From the NCBI GenBank assembly GCA_009914755.4, contig CP068257.2, positions 20,672,001 to 20,736,000 on the forward strand: a DNA stretch of 64,000 nt, in the 5' to 3' direction. Of the stretch, positions 14,346 to 28,399 are shown one piece after another. This DNA is from the human T2T-CHM13v2.0 reference genome, Homo sapiens. A program made the translations under genes and the position numbers. A model generated the notes under the pieces. The model saw nothing but the letters and a program-made list of their open reading frames with translations, did not search any database and was not told the DNA's origin. Numbering within the stretch: position 1 is the stretch's first letter; every line of letters starts with the position of its first letter.

Positions 14346-16329
14346 CATGGCTAATATAATTTTCCAATGACAGAAAATAGTCAATACTTCTAGAAAAATA
14401 AAACTAGGCTCCAACATACTTTATTTATAAATTATTTATTTATTTATAACAACCATCAGTTTATATAATCCCAATGAAACTTAGAGAAAATTTTAGTCAG
14501 ATATTTTAATCATTATTATATATTTATTAAAAGCCATATATAAATGTAAAATCTTTATAAAAGAGGTATGTTTGTGGCAGTAAACATAATTATTATTCTT
14601 TTATATGCAAACAATATAAATATGAGTAACATTGCACTATAAATTTTTTTTTAAGGTTTGAAGTGTAAGCAAAACTTTTTCTCTCCAGTATACAGAATAA
14701 TTCACCTGCTAGCATTATTCTTAATACAGCTGATGGCCCATCTCATTTTATTATTTTTTGAGATTGAAGTATAAATAAGTAAAATCCTCAAATAAATGTA
14801 TTTTATTATGATTTGAATGCATGAATAACATATATTATCACATCATTTTCTACATTTATTCTTATATTTAACATTATACTATAGGGTACATCCTTTTACT
14901 TAGTTTGTAAAATCAAGAGAATTGAAACAACTTTGAAATGTGTTTTTATCAATTAAAAATAATGTGATATCATTGAAATCAGAAGACAAAATTTAGTTAA
15001 GTATTTGAGTTTCAGAAAATGGTTTATTTCATTGATACTTGCAATAGATATGTAAATATTTCCGTATCAAAAGTGCATATATTTGAAAATAGAAATAATT
15101 TCCAATACATGCATTTTTGATAGGAAAGTACAATATCTAAAATACTTGGTAATAAGAAAGACAAATTATACCAACCACTAGAACTAATCATCAAATATGT
15201 TCAAGTGTCCTTTCTCATCCTCTTAAAGATGAATATGGCCATGTCATTGTTTTGGCCAAAAGAATATTAATAAAAATGATAAATGTCCCTTACTTACATA
15301 TAAATTTGAAAAGCCAGTTTAGAGTTTACCATTTTGTTTTTCTCCCAAACACAAGGATCGACAGCACTCCATATGGTGCCTGCTCCAGTATCCTGGGTCC
15401 TGAGGACAAGGCAGAGTTACAGATCTCTCAAGTAACTCACAATGCACATGGAAAACAAACTTCACTGTTTTAAGCCACCGAAACTCAGAGTTTGTATATT
15501 ACAACAAAATAACTTAGACATTTATTTGGTTAGTACGTGTTAGCATGAGAATGGGACCTAGAAATTTGAACACTAGAGTTTTTGTCTTAACAACCATATT
15601 CTATTATTTTCCATATTAAAGATTGCATGCAAATCTATTGATTTATTATTGTATCGTGACACCAGATATCTTTTAAACATGTGTTTAGGATAAGAAATAA
15701 TAGAAACTTTGAATAAAATTATTTCTTATCCCAAACACATTCTCTATATGGGAGTGAAGAATGTTTCTTGGTTGGGCTGTGAATCAACTCCCCAGTTATG
15801 GTTCTCATGGCCCTTGTCTCTTCTCTAGTCTCCTAGATCTTCATACTTCTTTTTAAACCTCCTGGACTCATTTGAGGTAAACATTGCTTGCTTTCTTCAT
15901 GATTAAATAATAATTCTTTCATAATTAAGCAGTTTTCTCAGTCTGATTCCTGCCTATATGTGACTACTGAATGCTGTTAACTAAAAAATCTCTGAGACAT
16001 AGTTCAATCAGTTCAGAGGTTCATTTTGACTAGGCTAAGAGAGTGCCCAGGAAAAAGAGACGTAAGCTACAGTAGAATCTGTTGCCTGTACTTTTTCCAA
16101 AGAGGGCTTTGAGGACTCAATATTTAAAGAAGACAGAGTGGCAGAAGGGGAAGGAGTAAAGAAAAAAAAAAAAAGAGGATAGGTAGGTTGTGAGATAAGT
16201 GGTCACATTGTTGTGAGGCTTTGATTAGTGCTCACTGAATCCACATGTTACATCTAAAAGGAGGGGAAAGAGGAACATTTGATTATGTATTTTTTAAAAT
16301 ATACACTTTACATATTACAAAAATAAACA

Positions 16330-16700
16330 TAAATTACTGAGCCATAAAAAGGAATGAATTAATGGCATTCACAGCAACCTGGAAGGAGTTGGAAACTATT
16401 ATTCTAAGTGAAGTAATTCAGGAAAGGAAAATCAAACATAGTATGTTCTCACTCATAAGTGGGAGCTAAGCTGTGAGGATGCAAAGGCATAAGAATGATA
16501 CATTGGGCTTTGGGGACTCAGGGGAAAGGGTGGGTGTGGGGTGAGGGATAAAATACTACAAATTGGGTTCAATGTATACTGCTCCGGTGATGGGTGCACC
16601 AAAAATCTCACAAATCATCGCTAAAGAACTTACTCATGTAACCAAATACCACCTGTTCCTCAAAAACCTATGGAAAAAAATTAAAAATAAATAAATAAGC
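16330..16700 (+). mobile_element. L1 3' end, about 370 bp, strongly 5'-truncated
   Basis: tactgagccataaaaaggaatgaa...tgttctcactcataagtgggagctaagctgtgaggatgcaaagg...catgtaaccaaataccacctgttcctcaaaaacctatgg plus A-rich tail. Flanks aaaataaacataaat / aaaataaataaataag look like a target-site duplication. Confidence 0.85.
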
Positions 16701-16789
16701 ACAGAGAAAACAGTCAAATATGCATTTGTTTCTGAGTGGTTGGGGGGATGGTTTCTAGTCTTGTTTATGTCTTGTACCTGTAAAGATAA

Positions 16790-17310
<521 letters not shown>

Positions 17311-19414
17311 TGAGAAAATAACAGTCTGTAACCCAGAAGAAGACCTTCACAAGAACTTGCCCATAGTGACACCTGATCTTAGACTTGCAGCCTCCAGAAT
17401 GATGAGAAACACATTTCTGTTGATTGCATGGCACCCAGTCTATATAGAACTTTGTTACAGCAGGCCAAGCAAAGACATTAACCGAGAGTCATTTTAGTCT
17501 TGTAAAGTTACATAGAGTCTTTTGAAATTATGCAATTCTCCAAAACTTAAGAAATATCTGCCTACTTTTTAAAAAGTCATCTGGACTCATTTTTTTCTAT
17601 TCCATTTCACTTTGCTTTATTTGCAATACCCACATCTCTTCTTATTTTCTGGATGTACTTTTATTTGTGCTATATTCTCTTGCTATCTTTGCCCCATACA
17701 ACCCTTCTCTATCTTACATTAATTCAGAAAATTAGAATCTATCAGGCCTAGGCAGGAGAGCCATGCCATTAGTTTTTTCTCTAAACTACTTAATCCAATT
17801 GAAATAATTTCCTCAGGCTCTTATTTTAAATTGAACTTTTACTTTGATTTAAGTTGAGAGCTTTAAAAAAATGGATATGCCAACCACACAATTGTTTTGT
17901 GCTTTTTGCAAGGAGACTGAGAATAAATTGGTCTTTGTCATTCAAAGTATATGTCAAGTTTACTTGTTAATGTTTGGAGGTGAGAGTCGGTGACTCTTAC
18001 ACTAATACACCTCACTGAAAACATGTACTACCCTTACTCCTGTCATGCATATCTATCATGCATGCAGACTGGCCATATTTTTTTCTAAATATCTCTCTTC
18101 TTTGTAATAGTTTTTTTATTCTTATAATACTTTATCAAACACAGCCAACATGTATCTGCATGTTTTAAATATTTTGAGGCAATTTATCAAATTCTCTTTT
18201 GTGTAATAGAATATGATATAACTTCTGCAGAAATTATAATAAATTTCACTTAATCAAGTACTTCTGGCTTTTGTCTTTTTATGCCATAGTTACTTGCATC
18301 TTTAATTATTTGCAAAACAACATAAAGGCATTTCTAGTACTGATTCTTGTGGAGTCTTTTAATTTATTCTTTCAGTTTTCAAACAACAACTACACACGTA
18401 TTTTACATCCATAAAGTTCTTACTATATGGTAAAGGTTAGACTTGGCCCTTGAACTCATGAAGCGTAACCGGGGAGATACACATTAAATAAATGCAAAAG
18501 TACTGTTAATATTAGAGCTCTGAAAGAAATGAATGTGATTTTTAAAATAATTTATAATACCATATTATTAAATCGGAGGGTAAGAGTTTCATGTAGAAGT
18601 AATTCACGTAGAAAGGGCAAATGAATTACACTTTTTCACTTAGGTAGGGTAAAATAAAGCCCCAGAGATTGTATGTCTGTGAATTAATTAACAGGGTTAA
18701 AAGTGTGTCATACATTATAGACGAAACATATTCAGTTTGCATCAAAGGATTCAGTAAAATGAGTTTTACCTCTTTCGATTTTTAAAATTTTCACATTTAT
18801 TTTGAGAGCATACATTTGCCTTCTTGTCATTCATATAAGTTTTATAACCTGTTTTAATTTAAAATGTTAATATAGTAAATGTTGCTGACATCCTAAAATT
18901 ATGCTAATTAAATGTATTTCTGAGGAGAAAAAAGTTTCATTAGATGCTTTTATTTTTACTTTATCAATTAAAAATGAAAAAGTTAATTACTTAATGCTTG
19001 AATATATCTTCTTATGTATACATAAACTTTAGATAATCAGCTATTTACATCTTAAAATAATTAATATTAGAAGACATCATCCTAATAAACTATTTTAACA
19101 TTTATAATAAATATTTCTCAAACATTACCACCTGCACATATATAATGTTAACTTGAGTCAACCATACATATTGCTGTGAAACACTGGTAAGTAGAAAGAG
19201 ATATTTATTTGATGAAATTTTGTGCTTAATACTGTGAAAAGAAACAGTAGAAAAATAAGGCAGAAGGAATACATTGAGTTTTAGAGTTGAAGATACAGAA
19301 ATATATCTAAATGCACATATATAGTATGATTATATATATAATTCTATATGTAGTCTATATATTTTATGTAATGATAAATTTATAATTATTTATGTTTATG
19401 TGTTTCGTTTTGCT

Positions 19415-19710
19415 TTTTTTTCCCCCGAGACTGGGTCTCACTCTGTCACTCAGGCCGGAGTGCAGTGGTGTGATGATTACAAATCACTGCAGTCTGAATT
19501 TCAGGGGCTAAAGTGATCCTGCCATATCAGCCCCTTGAGTTGCTGGGACTACAGGCACATAACACCATGCCAGGCTATTTTTTAAAAAAAATTTTGTAGA
19601 GAGTCTCACTATGCTGTCCAGGCTGGCCTTGAACTCCTAGGCTCAAGTGATTCTACCACCTTGAGCTCCCAGAGTATAGGAATTACAGGAGTGAGCCACT
19701 GACCCTGGCC
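19415..19710 (-). mobile_element. Alu (antisense), older and more diverged
   Basis: gagactgggtctcactctgtcactcaggccggagtgcagtggtgtgat ... gtataggaattacaggagtgagccactgaccctggcc. Many CpG-to-TpG/CpA changes. Confidence 0.9.
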
Positions 19711-20473
19711 CATATATGCATTTTTTAAGATTTCAGCAATTTAGCCTTTGGGAAGAAGAAGGCTTGTAAAGCTTCTTGCAAAATAGCAATTAATTGATAA
19801 TAAAGCAAAGGCTATGTCTGCTCTTTTTGAAGCTGTTGAAAGCAATTGTAGGATCAAAGACTGTATTTTAAAACCTGAAATTATGTATAATGTAAGAGTA
19901 GCTTTTTAAAAATACAAAACAATTTGGAGGCTACAAAAGTTAAAAAGTAACACAAGAACTTGAAACATCATATAATAAATGTAATTACGTAAACATGAAG
20001 TTCTTAATTTCTTAGTATTATCCAGATACTTGTCAGGCCTCCAGAATAATATTTTAATTTAATTTCCTAAAATGTAATGCAAATATTTCAAATAATTTAA
20101 ATTTATATTGAAGTTATCTACAAAAGTGTTGAATTACTACTTTCCTAGTAGTCATTATATGCCTTCCCAAATTTCAAATGTTAAATATCTGCTCCTCAAA
20201 AATATATTTCCTGCTTTTTCATTCAAAAATTTCCTTAAAGTTTTTAATTTATATGCACTCTCTTATTCCCTTTCTTTAACCTGTTGTCTGTTTTATATTA
20301 CATTTCCTAAATTCCATAATCTACTCACCTTAGACTTCTCTAATATGCTTTTTGTCCTTTAAAAATAAGAATCAATTTTGTCATATTTTTCTTATTTTTC
20401 CAAACCTATGTGGTGCTCTTCTTGTAAAAAATAGGACAAATTTTGAAGAATCAAGCAAGAAAAACATTAGATG

Positions 20474-22797
20474 TTGATATGGTTTGGCTTTATGTCCCCA
20501 CCCAAATCTCACCTTGAAAGGCAATCCTGTAATCCCCACGTGTCAAGGGCAGGTCCAGGTGGAGGAAATTGAAACGCAGAGACAGTTTCCCCATGCTGTT
20601 CTCATGATAATAAGTCTCATGAGATCTGATGGTTTTATAAGCATCTGACATTTCCTCTGCTTGCATTCATTCTCTCTCTTTGTGCCCTGTGAAGAGGTGC
20701 CTTCCACCATGATTGTAAGTTTCCTTAGCCTTCCACAGCCATGCGGAACTGTGAGTCAATTAAACCTCTTTTCTTTATATAAGTTACCAAGTCTCAGGTA
20801 TTCTCTTATAGCAATGTGAGAACAGACTAATACAATAAACTGGTACCACAGACAGTGGGGTGTTCCTATAAAGATCCCTGAAAATGTGGAAGCAACTTTG
20901 GAACTGAGTAACCAGCAGAGGTTGGAACAGTTTGGAAGGCTCAAAAAAGACAGAAAGATATGGGAAAGTTTGGAACTTCCTAGAGACATATTGAATGGCT
21001 TTGACCAAAATTCAGACAGTGATATAAATAATGAAGTCCAGGCTGGGGTGGTCTCAGATTGAGATGAAGAACTTTCTGGGAACTGGAATGAAGGTCATTC
21101 TTGCTGTGCATTAGGAAAGAGACTGGTGGCATTTTGCCCCTTCCCTAGAGATCTGTGGAACTTTGAACTTGAGACAGGTGATTTAGGGTATCTGGAGGAA
21201 GAAATTTCTAAGCAGCATGCAAGATCTGACATGGCTGTTCCTAACAGCATACAGTCATATGGGTTCACAAAGAGATGGTCTAAAATTGGAACTTATGTAC
21301 AAAAAGGAAGCAGAACATAAAAGTTTGGAAAATTTGCAGCCTGAACATGAGGTAGAAAGGAAAAACCCACTTTCTGGGGAAAAATTCAAGCCAGATGCAA
21401 AAATTTGAATAAGTAATGAGGAACCAATTGTTAATCACCAAGACAATGGGGAAAATGTTTCCGGGGCATGTCAGAGACCTTCTCAGCAGCCCCTCCCATC
21501 ACAGGCCTGGAGGACTAGGAGGAAAAAGTGGTTTCCTGGGCCAGGTCCAGGGCCTTGCTGCTTTGTGCAATCTGATAACTTAGTGCCCTGTGTCCCAGCT
21601 ATGGCTAGATGGGGCCAACATATAGTTCATTCCATTTTTTCAGAGGGTGCAGCCCCAAGTCTTCACATCTTACATGTGGTGTTGGGCCTCTGGGTACACA
21701 GAAGTCAAGAATAGAAGTTTGGGAGCCTCCACCTAGATTTCAGATACTGCCTGGAGGTCCAGGCAGTAGTTTGCGAGGGGTGGAGTCCTCATGGAAAACC
21801 CCTGTTAGGGCAGTGTGGAATAAAAATGTGGGGTTAGAGCCCCCACACAGAGTCCCTACTGGGGCACTACCTAGTGGAGCTGTGAGAAGAAGGCCATCAT
21901 CCTCCAGACCCACAATGTGCCTACATACATCTTGCACTGTGCACATTGAAAAGCTGCAGACACTCAATGCCAGCCTGTGAAAGCAGCTGGGATGGGGGCT
22001 GTACCCTGCAAAACCACAGAGGCAAAGCTGTCCAAGGCCATAGGAGTCCACCTCTTGCATCAGCATGACCTGGATGTGAGACATGGAGTCAAAGGAGATC
22101 ATGTTGGAACTTTAAGGTTTAATGACTGCCCTATTGTATTTCAGACCTCTATGGGGCTGTAGCCCCTTTGTTTTGGCCAATTTCTCTCATTTGGAACAGG
22201 TGTATTTGCCTAATGTCTATGCCCCCATTGTATCTAGGAAGTAACTATTAATAACTTGCTTTTGATTTTACAGGCTCATAGGAGGAAAGAAATTACCTTG
22301 CCTCAGATAAGACTTTAGACTTGGATGTTGAATTAATACTGGAATGAGTTAAGACTTTGGGGAACTGTTGAAAGGGCACACAGTTGTATTTTGAAATGTG
22401 AGGGCATGTGATTTGGGAGGGACCAAGTGCCAAATAATATGGTTTGGCTTTGTGTCCCCACCCAAATATCACCTTGAATTGTAATCCCCATAATCCCCAC
22501 ATGTCAAGGGTGGGACCAGGTGGAGATGATTGAATCATGGGGGCAGTTTCCCCCATGCTGTTTTCATAATAATGACTGAGTCTCATGAGATCTGATGGTT
22601 TTTTAAGCATCTGGCATTTCCTCTGCTTGCACTCATTCTCTCTCCTGCCGCACTGTGAAGAGGTGCCTTCTGCCATGATTGTAAGTTTCCTGAGGCCTCC
22701 CCAGCCATGTGAAACTGTGAGAAAATTAAACCTATTTTCTTTATAAATTACCCAGTCTGAGTATTTTTTATAACAATGTAAGAATGGACTAATACAG
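20474..22797 (+). mobile_element. Full-length ERVL-MaLR element (THE1/MST-like): 5' LTR 20474-20834, internal 20835-22434, 3' LTR 22435-22797
   Basis: Both LTRs start (t)gatatggtttggctttatgtccccacccaaatctcaccttga and end ggactaatacaa/g. The internal part carries degenerate gag-like ORFs (track ORFs 21126..21320, 21217..21408). Confidence 0.8.
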
Positions 22798-22922
22798 ATA
22801 TCAAGAAAAAGAATTAAGAAAATATGTATATGTAAAAATATATAGCCTTTCTCTCCTACGCTTATGGGCTAGCAAGAGTGGGTTTTAGTAAGCTACGTTT
22901 ATTTAAAAGCACTCAAATCTAG

Positions 22923-23027
22923 TCAGGCATGCCAGGCTACTCACACATCCTTAGGAGGCTGAGGTGGGAGGGAAACTTGAGTCCAAATCAGACTAGGTGA
23001 TATAGGAAAATTCTGTCTCGAAAAAAA
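22923..23027 (+). mobile_element. Truncated Alu monomer (about 105 bp, right-arm-like) with intact TSD
   Basis: ggcatgccaggctactcacacatccttaggaggctgaggtgggagggaaacttgagtcc...ctgtctcgaaaaaaa flanked on both sides by actcaaatct. Confidence 0.7.
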
Positions 23028-23584
23028 TTACTCAAATCTGAATTTGAAAGTTAAGTGCTCATACTTTTTTATTAAAGAAAAATTAAATATCTCAGAGGAA
23101 TTCTCAATTTCCAAATAAAATGATGTCTGTTGTTAACTGTTGTCAATGTTGGGAAAATGTACTAATTGTCTATTATCTTTGAACAACAGGATAGTGACAT
23201 CTTATACAATGAGGCAAACAAAACTAAATAAAAGTAATACATATTCAAGCTAAGGTTCCTTAACCTTTAAAATAAATATATTTTTAGACTGAATTTTCAT
23301 CACTTCATTGCAATTCTTTCTTATACATGTTTGTGTTTATTGGTGAATTTTATGAATATGTATTTTTAATTAAATTTTTAAAATAATTATTATAATTTTT
23401 TCTATAGTGTAATATAAGTTGTGCCCTCCTCATCCCCCAAAATAAGAATGTTTTCTCTCCTCTCTCTCTCTCCCTCCTGTATTGTGAATATTAGGATAAA
23501 ATCCTTTTTGTCAGACTCCATAAATCTAGAGCCAGGAGAGCAGGAAAAGGGAATGTTTATGCTTGCAAGTCAGAGAGTAAGACT

Positions 23585-24005
23585 ATCTTAAAAACTTTGT
23601 AAAATAACCACACAAGAAATTATCTCTTTAGGACTATAGAAATTTAGATAAGATGCTCTTGAAAGAACACCTGTCCAGTAATGGCATCTCCACCAATGAA
23701 ATGATGCCAACTCTTACTCTCAGCCCCCAAAATTAAGAAACTCTGTATCCAAGCAGCTTATATGCAGCTCTCCTTTGCTAATAAAAATTTCCCTTTACCC
23801 TCTTCTCTCTCCTCTTTAGATTCATAAGTAGATTGCCATAACTGTGCATCACAGATTATAGTTCTCTTTTCTAATTCCTGTTAAATTTTAAATTCAACAT
23901 AGTTGGAGATGTTTTTTCTCTGATTTTTGTTTTGTTGTTGACTAATCTGATGTCAGAAATGGCCCTGAGCTAGATTACCTTCAGAAGAGCTTGTCAACTC
24001 TTGGA
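23585..24005 (+). mobile_element. Unclassified LTR-like repeat, copy 1 (candidate 5' LTR of the class I ERV downstream)
   Basis: About 75-80% identical over roughly 400 bp to 32572-32990 in the same orientation. Shared motifs include ataaccacacaagaaatt, ggcatctccaccaatgaa and tttccctttacc. Confidence 0.4.
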
Positions 24006-24598
24006 ACTGGCTAGGGTACAATTGAGCCATTTGTGCTGTCTGTGTTCTATGGATTGCTCTTTTCTGCCCAGTTAACTCCTCTCAGGTTGAGCTTCCTCCC
24101 TATGGTAACAGCTCCTTGTTAACTTTATTTGTGATCTGATTTGGTTAAGGCACCTTCATAAAGGATCTTACATACCTTCTGGAACTATAAAAGGCTTTTT
24201 GCCTGGCAAATTCTTTCTGGAACAAAGACTTTTTGTCTTTCTAATCTTGGCAAGTACTCTTCTGGCTTCAGTTTTATTCTGAGTTGTGTATTTACACTTG
24301 TACCTTTGGCTGTTGATGGACCTTTCTTCTCTGTTTCTGGACATTTTCTGTGATTAATAAGAAAAACAATGGAACCCCAAAATTTCAAAGCATGCAAAAA
24401 AAATTTCTCTTCTGGTACCCCAGCCCAGACATTATAGTTCTCTCTCATGAATGTTTTTAAATCAATGGGAGAAGTACACTACAACTGATTTAGACATTCA
24501 ATGGCTGTCCTGGAGATCTTCTGAGTTTCTGAAATTTATCTTTCTCAGGACTAAAGTGGAAGACAACAGTCATAAAATTAAACAACCTGAGGAGAAGA

Positions 24599-26880
24599 TG
24601 TATTAGTTTTTGCACTGCTATAAACAAATACATGAAAGTGGGTAATATATAAAGAAAACGAGTTTAATTGGCTCATCATTCTGCAGGCCGTACAGGAAGC
24701 ATGGCTGGGGAGGCCTCAGGAAACTTTCATTCATGGCAAGAGGTGAAGGAGAAGCAGGCATGTTTTACATTAGTGGAGCTGAAGGAAGAGAGAGACAGTG
24801 GGAGGCGCTACACACTTTTAAAAAATCAGATCTCACAATAACTCACTCACTCTCATGAGAAAATCACCAAAGGAGAAATTTGCCTCCATGATCCAATCAC
24901 CTTCCACCAGGCTCCAACTCCAACATTGAGGATTACAATTTGACATGAGATTTGGGCAGGGACACAGTCCGAAAGGATATTATTCCACCCTGTCTCCTTC
25001 CAAATCTCATGTCCTTCTCACATTTCAAAATACAATCATGCCTTCTCAACAGTTCCCCAAAGTCTTAACTTATTTCAGCATTAACTCAAAAGTCCAGTCT
25101 CATCTGAGACAAGGCTAGTCCCTTCTGCCTATGAACTTGGCCAAAACAAAGGGGCTAGGGGTTCATGAAAGTCCAAAACCCAGCAAGGCAATCATTAAAT
25201 CTTAAAGCTCCAAAATAATCTCCTTTGACTCCATGTCTCAAATCCAGGGCACACTGAAGCCAAGGGTGGGCGCTCAAGGCCTTGTGAAGCTCCACCCCTG
25301 TGGCTCTAGAGGGCTAAGCCCCCACAGCTTCCCAGGTGCTAGCATTGAGTACCTGCAGCTTTTCTGGGTGCATGATACAAGCTGTCAGTTTATCTACCAT
25401 TCTCCAGTCTGGAGGATGTTGGCGCTCTTCTCACAATTCCAGTAGACAATACCCCACTGGGGACTCTTCATGTGGGGGTCTGAACTCCACATTTCTCTTC
25501 CACACTTCGCTAGTAGGGGTTCTTCCTTCAGGCTTCTACCTGGACACCTAGGCTTTTCCATACATATTCTGAAATCTAGGTGGAGGCTTCCAAGCTTCAA
25601 ATCTTGCACTCTGCACACCTGCATGCTTCACTCCCCATGGAAGCCACAGAGGCATATGGATTGCACCCTCTGAAGCAGCAGCCCAAGTATCTGGGCCCCT
25701 TTGAGCCACAGCTAGAACTGTAGCAGCCGGGATGCAAGGAGCAGTGTTCTGAGGCTGTGTAGGGCAGTGGGACCTTGGCCCTGGCCCACAAAACCACGCT
25801 GTCCTCCTATGCCTCTGGGCCTGTGATGGGAGGGGCTGCCACAAAGCTCCCTGAAATGACTTCAGGTCCTCTGTCCCATGGTCTTGGCTATTAGATACTT
25901 TTCTTCCTTTTTGCTATGCAAACTTTTTATAGCCTGCTTTAATTCCTCCTATGAAAATTGATTTTTCTTTTCTACCACATGGCCAGGCTGCAAATTTTCA
26001 AACATTTACACTCTGCTTCCCTTTGTAATGTAAATTCCAATTTCAGGTAATTTCTTTGTTCATGCATATGAGCATAGGCTTGTAGAAACAGCCAAGCCAT
26101 GTTTTGAATGCTTTGCTGCTTAGAAATTTTTTCTGCCACATACCCTAAATTATCTCTGTCAAGTTCAAAGCTCCACAGATCCCTAGAGCATGAGCACAAT
26201 GCCACCAGGTTCTTTGCTAATGCATAACAAAAGTGACCTTTACTCCAGTTCACAGTAACTTCCTCATAGCCACCCAAGACCTCATCAGCTTGGGGATCTC
26301 TGTCCATATCACTGTCAGCATTTTGGTCAAAACCATTTAATAAGTTTCTAAAAAGTTCCAAACTTTCTCTCATCTTTCTGTTTTCTTCTGAGCCTTCCAA
26401 GCTGTTCCAACCTCTGCCTGTTACCCAGTTCCAAAGCTGCTTCTACATTTTCAAGTATCTTTATAGCAGTGCCCCACTCCTAGGTACAATTCAATTTTCT
26501 GTATTAGTTAGTTCTCACATTGCTATTAAGAAATACCTGAAAGTGGGTGATTTACAAAGAAAAGAGGTTTAATTGCCTATGGTTCTGCAAGCTGTGCAGG
26601 ATGCATGTCTGGGAAGGTCTCAGGAAACTTACAGTCATGGCAGAAGGATAAGGGGAAGCAGGCACATCTTACATGGCCAGAGCAAGAGGAAGAGAAGAGG
26701 GGAGCAGGTGCTACACACTTTTAACCAATCAGATCAGTGAGTAATAAGTCAGTCACTATCATGAAAACAGCATGAAAGGGAAAATTTGACCCCATGATCC
26801 AATCACCTCCCACCAGCCCCAACTCCAACATTAGGGATTACAGTGAGATTTGGGTTGGTACACAGCCCCAAAACCTATCA
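24599..26880 (-). mobile_element. Full-length ERVL-MaLR element (MST/THE1-like), antisense: 3' LTR 24599-24982, internal 24983-26499, 5' LTR 26500-26880
   Basis: Both LTRs start tgtattagtt and end ...ccaaaacctatca or the equivalent. Internal minus-strand ORF 25972..26400 is homologous to the gag-like ORFs of the element at 20474. Flanking gaaga/gaagg look like a 5-bp TSD. Confidence 0.8.
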
Positions 26881-27649
26881 GAAGGCATATGTCAATAGAC
26901 ACCTTGGAACTTCTAAGCATATTTAAAATACTAAAATTGCCTCCTTATAAAACACAATCTCAAAATCAACTGAAAAGAACAAACAGTTAAAGATGAACAG
27001 AAAGTTTCTAGAAGCTTGGATTTGTTTTGTCTCTGGAGACTTTCCTTTCTCTTTTTCCCACTAGCTCCTCTTCATCCTTCTTTACCTAAATTAACTTTCC
27101 CTCCAGATTCCTCAGCACCCCTCACCCCCAAGCAAATTTAGACTCCTAAAAACCTATCTCTTTAAAATGCAACTCACTGGTAATCTCTTTGGACCCCACC
27201 ATATCAACCAGCCCTGCTTCAGAATAACTAACTACTGCAAAGGGTAAGGATTTTTCAATAAGCCTTTTAGTGCTTTTGTTTCACAACCCATTCTTTTCAA
27301 TCTTTGTCTTCTTCAGGATGCCCATTCCTTTTTGCATGTTAATTCTGCCCTCCTTTCATGAATTTGGGTGTGATTTTCTGGAAAAATACCATACTGAATT
27401 TTTTTTTATGAAACAAATAATTTTAGAATGTGACAAACCAAATTGTGTTGACTCAAGCTTGAATTCCCCTGACTCCTCAAATTCTCACATTTGCTATTTC
27501 ATTCCCTCTTTAGAGAAGAAAAATAATGCCATGCTTTTACTACTAAGTCAAACACCTGCCTCTTGACTTAAATATGAAAAGGAAGACAACACTCACATAG
27601 AAAAAAGAAGACAGCACTTTGAGTCTTAACCCAAAGCACAGATCCCAAC

Positions 27650-28240
27650 ACTATCCACTAGAATACTGTAACCCATAACTGGATTGTCTTACTCTGAATT
27701 TTGTCTGCCTAAGTGCTGTTTCTTCTGCAGCCTTGTTAGTAAAGGCAACTGAGAAGATACTCATGGGATCTCCAACACCTGTATGTGTGCCTAATGTAGT
27801 GGAAACTCTCTTAAACTCACATTGTAGTGAGGCAAACCTCGAAATTGGATCTCAGCCCAGAAGGCCATGTGAGTTCTTGGTTTTGCATAGAAAAGAATTC
27901 AGGAGTGAGCTCACAGAGTAAAGTGAAAGCAAGTTTATTAAGACAGTAAATAAATAAAAGGATGGCTACCCCATAGGCAGAGAAGCAGCATGGGCTGCTT
28001 AAGTGACTGCACTCATAGTTATTTCTTGATTATATGCTAAACAAGGGGTGAATTATTCATGAAATTTCCAGGAAAAGGATGGGGAATCCTGGAATTCAGG
28101 TTTTCTCCCCTTTTCAGACCGTATAGGGTAGCTTCTCGATTTTTCCATGCCATTTGTAAACTTTCATGGCACAGGTGGGAGTTTCCTTTACCATGCTAAT
28201 GCATTATAATTAGCAAATAATGAGCAGTGAGGATGATCAG
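27650..28240 (-). mobile_element. Unclassified LTR-like sequence (antisense) with AATAAACTTGCTTTCACTTTACTCTGTGAGCTC poly(A)-signal block
   Basis: The reverse complement reads cttaataaacttgctttcactttactctgtgagctcactcctgaattc, a typical LTR R/U5-like motif. It abuts the 5'-truncation point of the ERV pol fragment. Confidence 0.35.
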
Positions 28241-28399
28241 TGATGCTTTCCTCACCCTCTTGGTTTTGGTGGGTTTTGGTTAGCTTCCTGACTGCATCCT
28301 GTTTTATCAGCAGGGTCTTTGTGACCTATATGTTGTTAAACAAGTCCTGCCAATTTTCTATCTCAACATCACTCTCAGTATTTTATACCAGTCAACTTA

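Noticed and set aside
20474-22797. 5-bp target-site duplication for the MaLR at 20474
   Set aside because: The flanks (tagatgt / atatcaa) do not give a clean 5-bp repeat by eye. I left the TSD unreported. The element call rests on the LTR pair instead.
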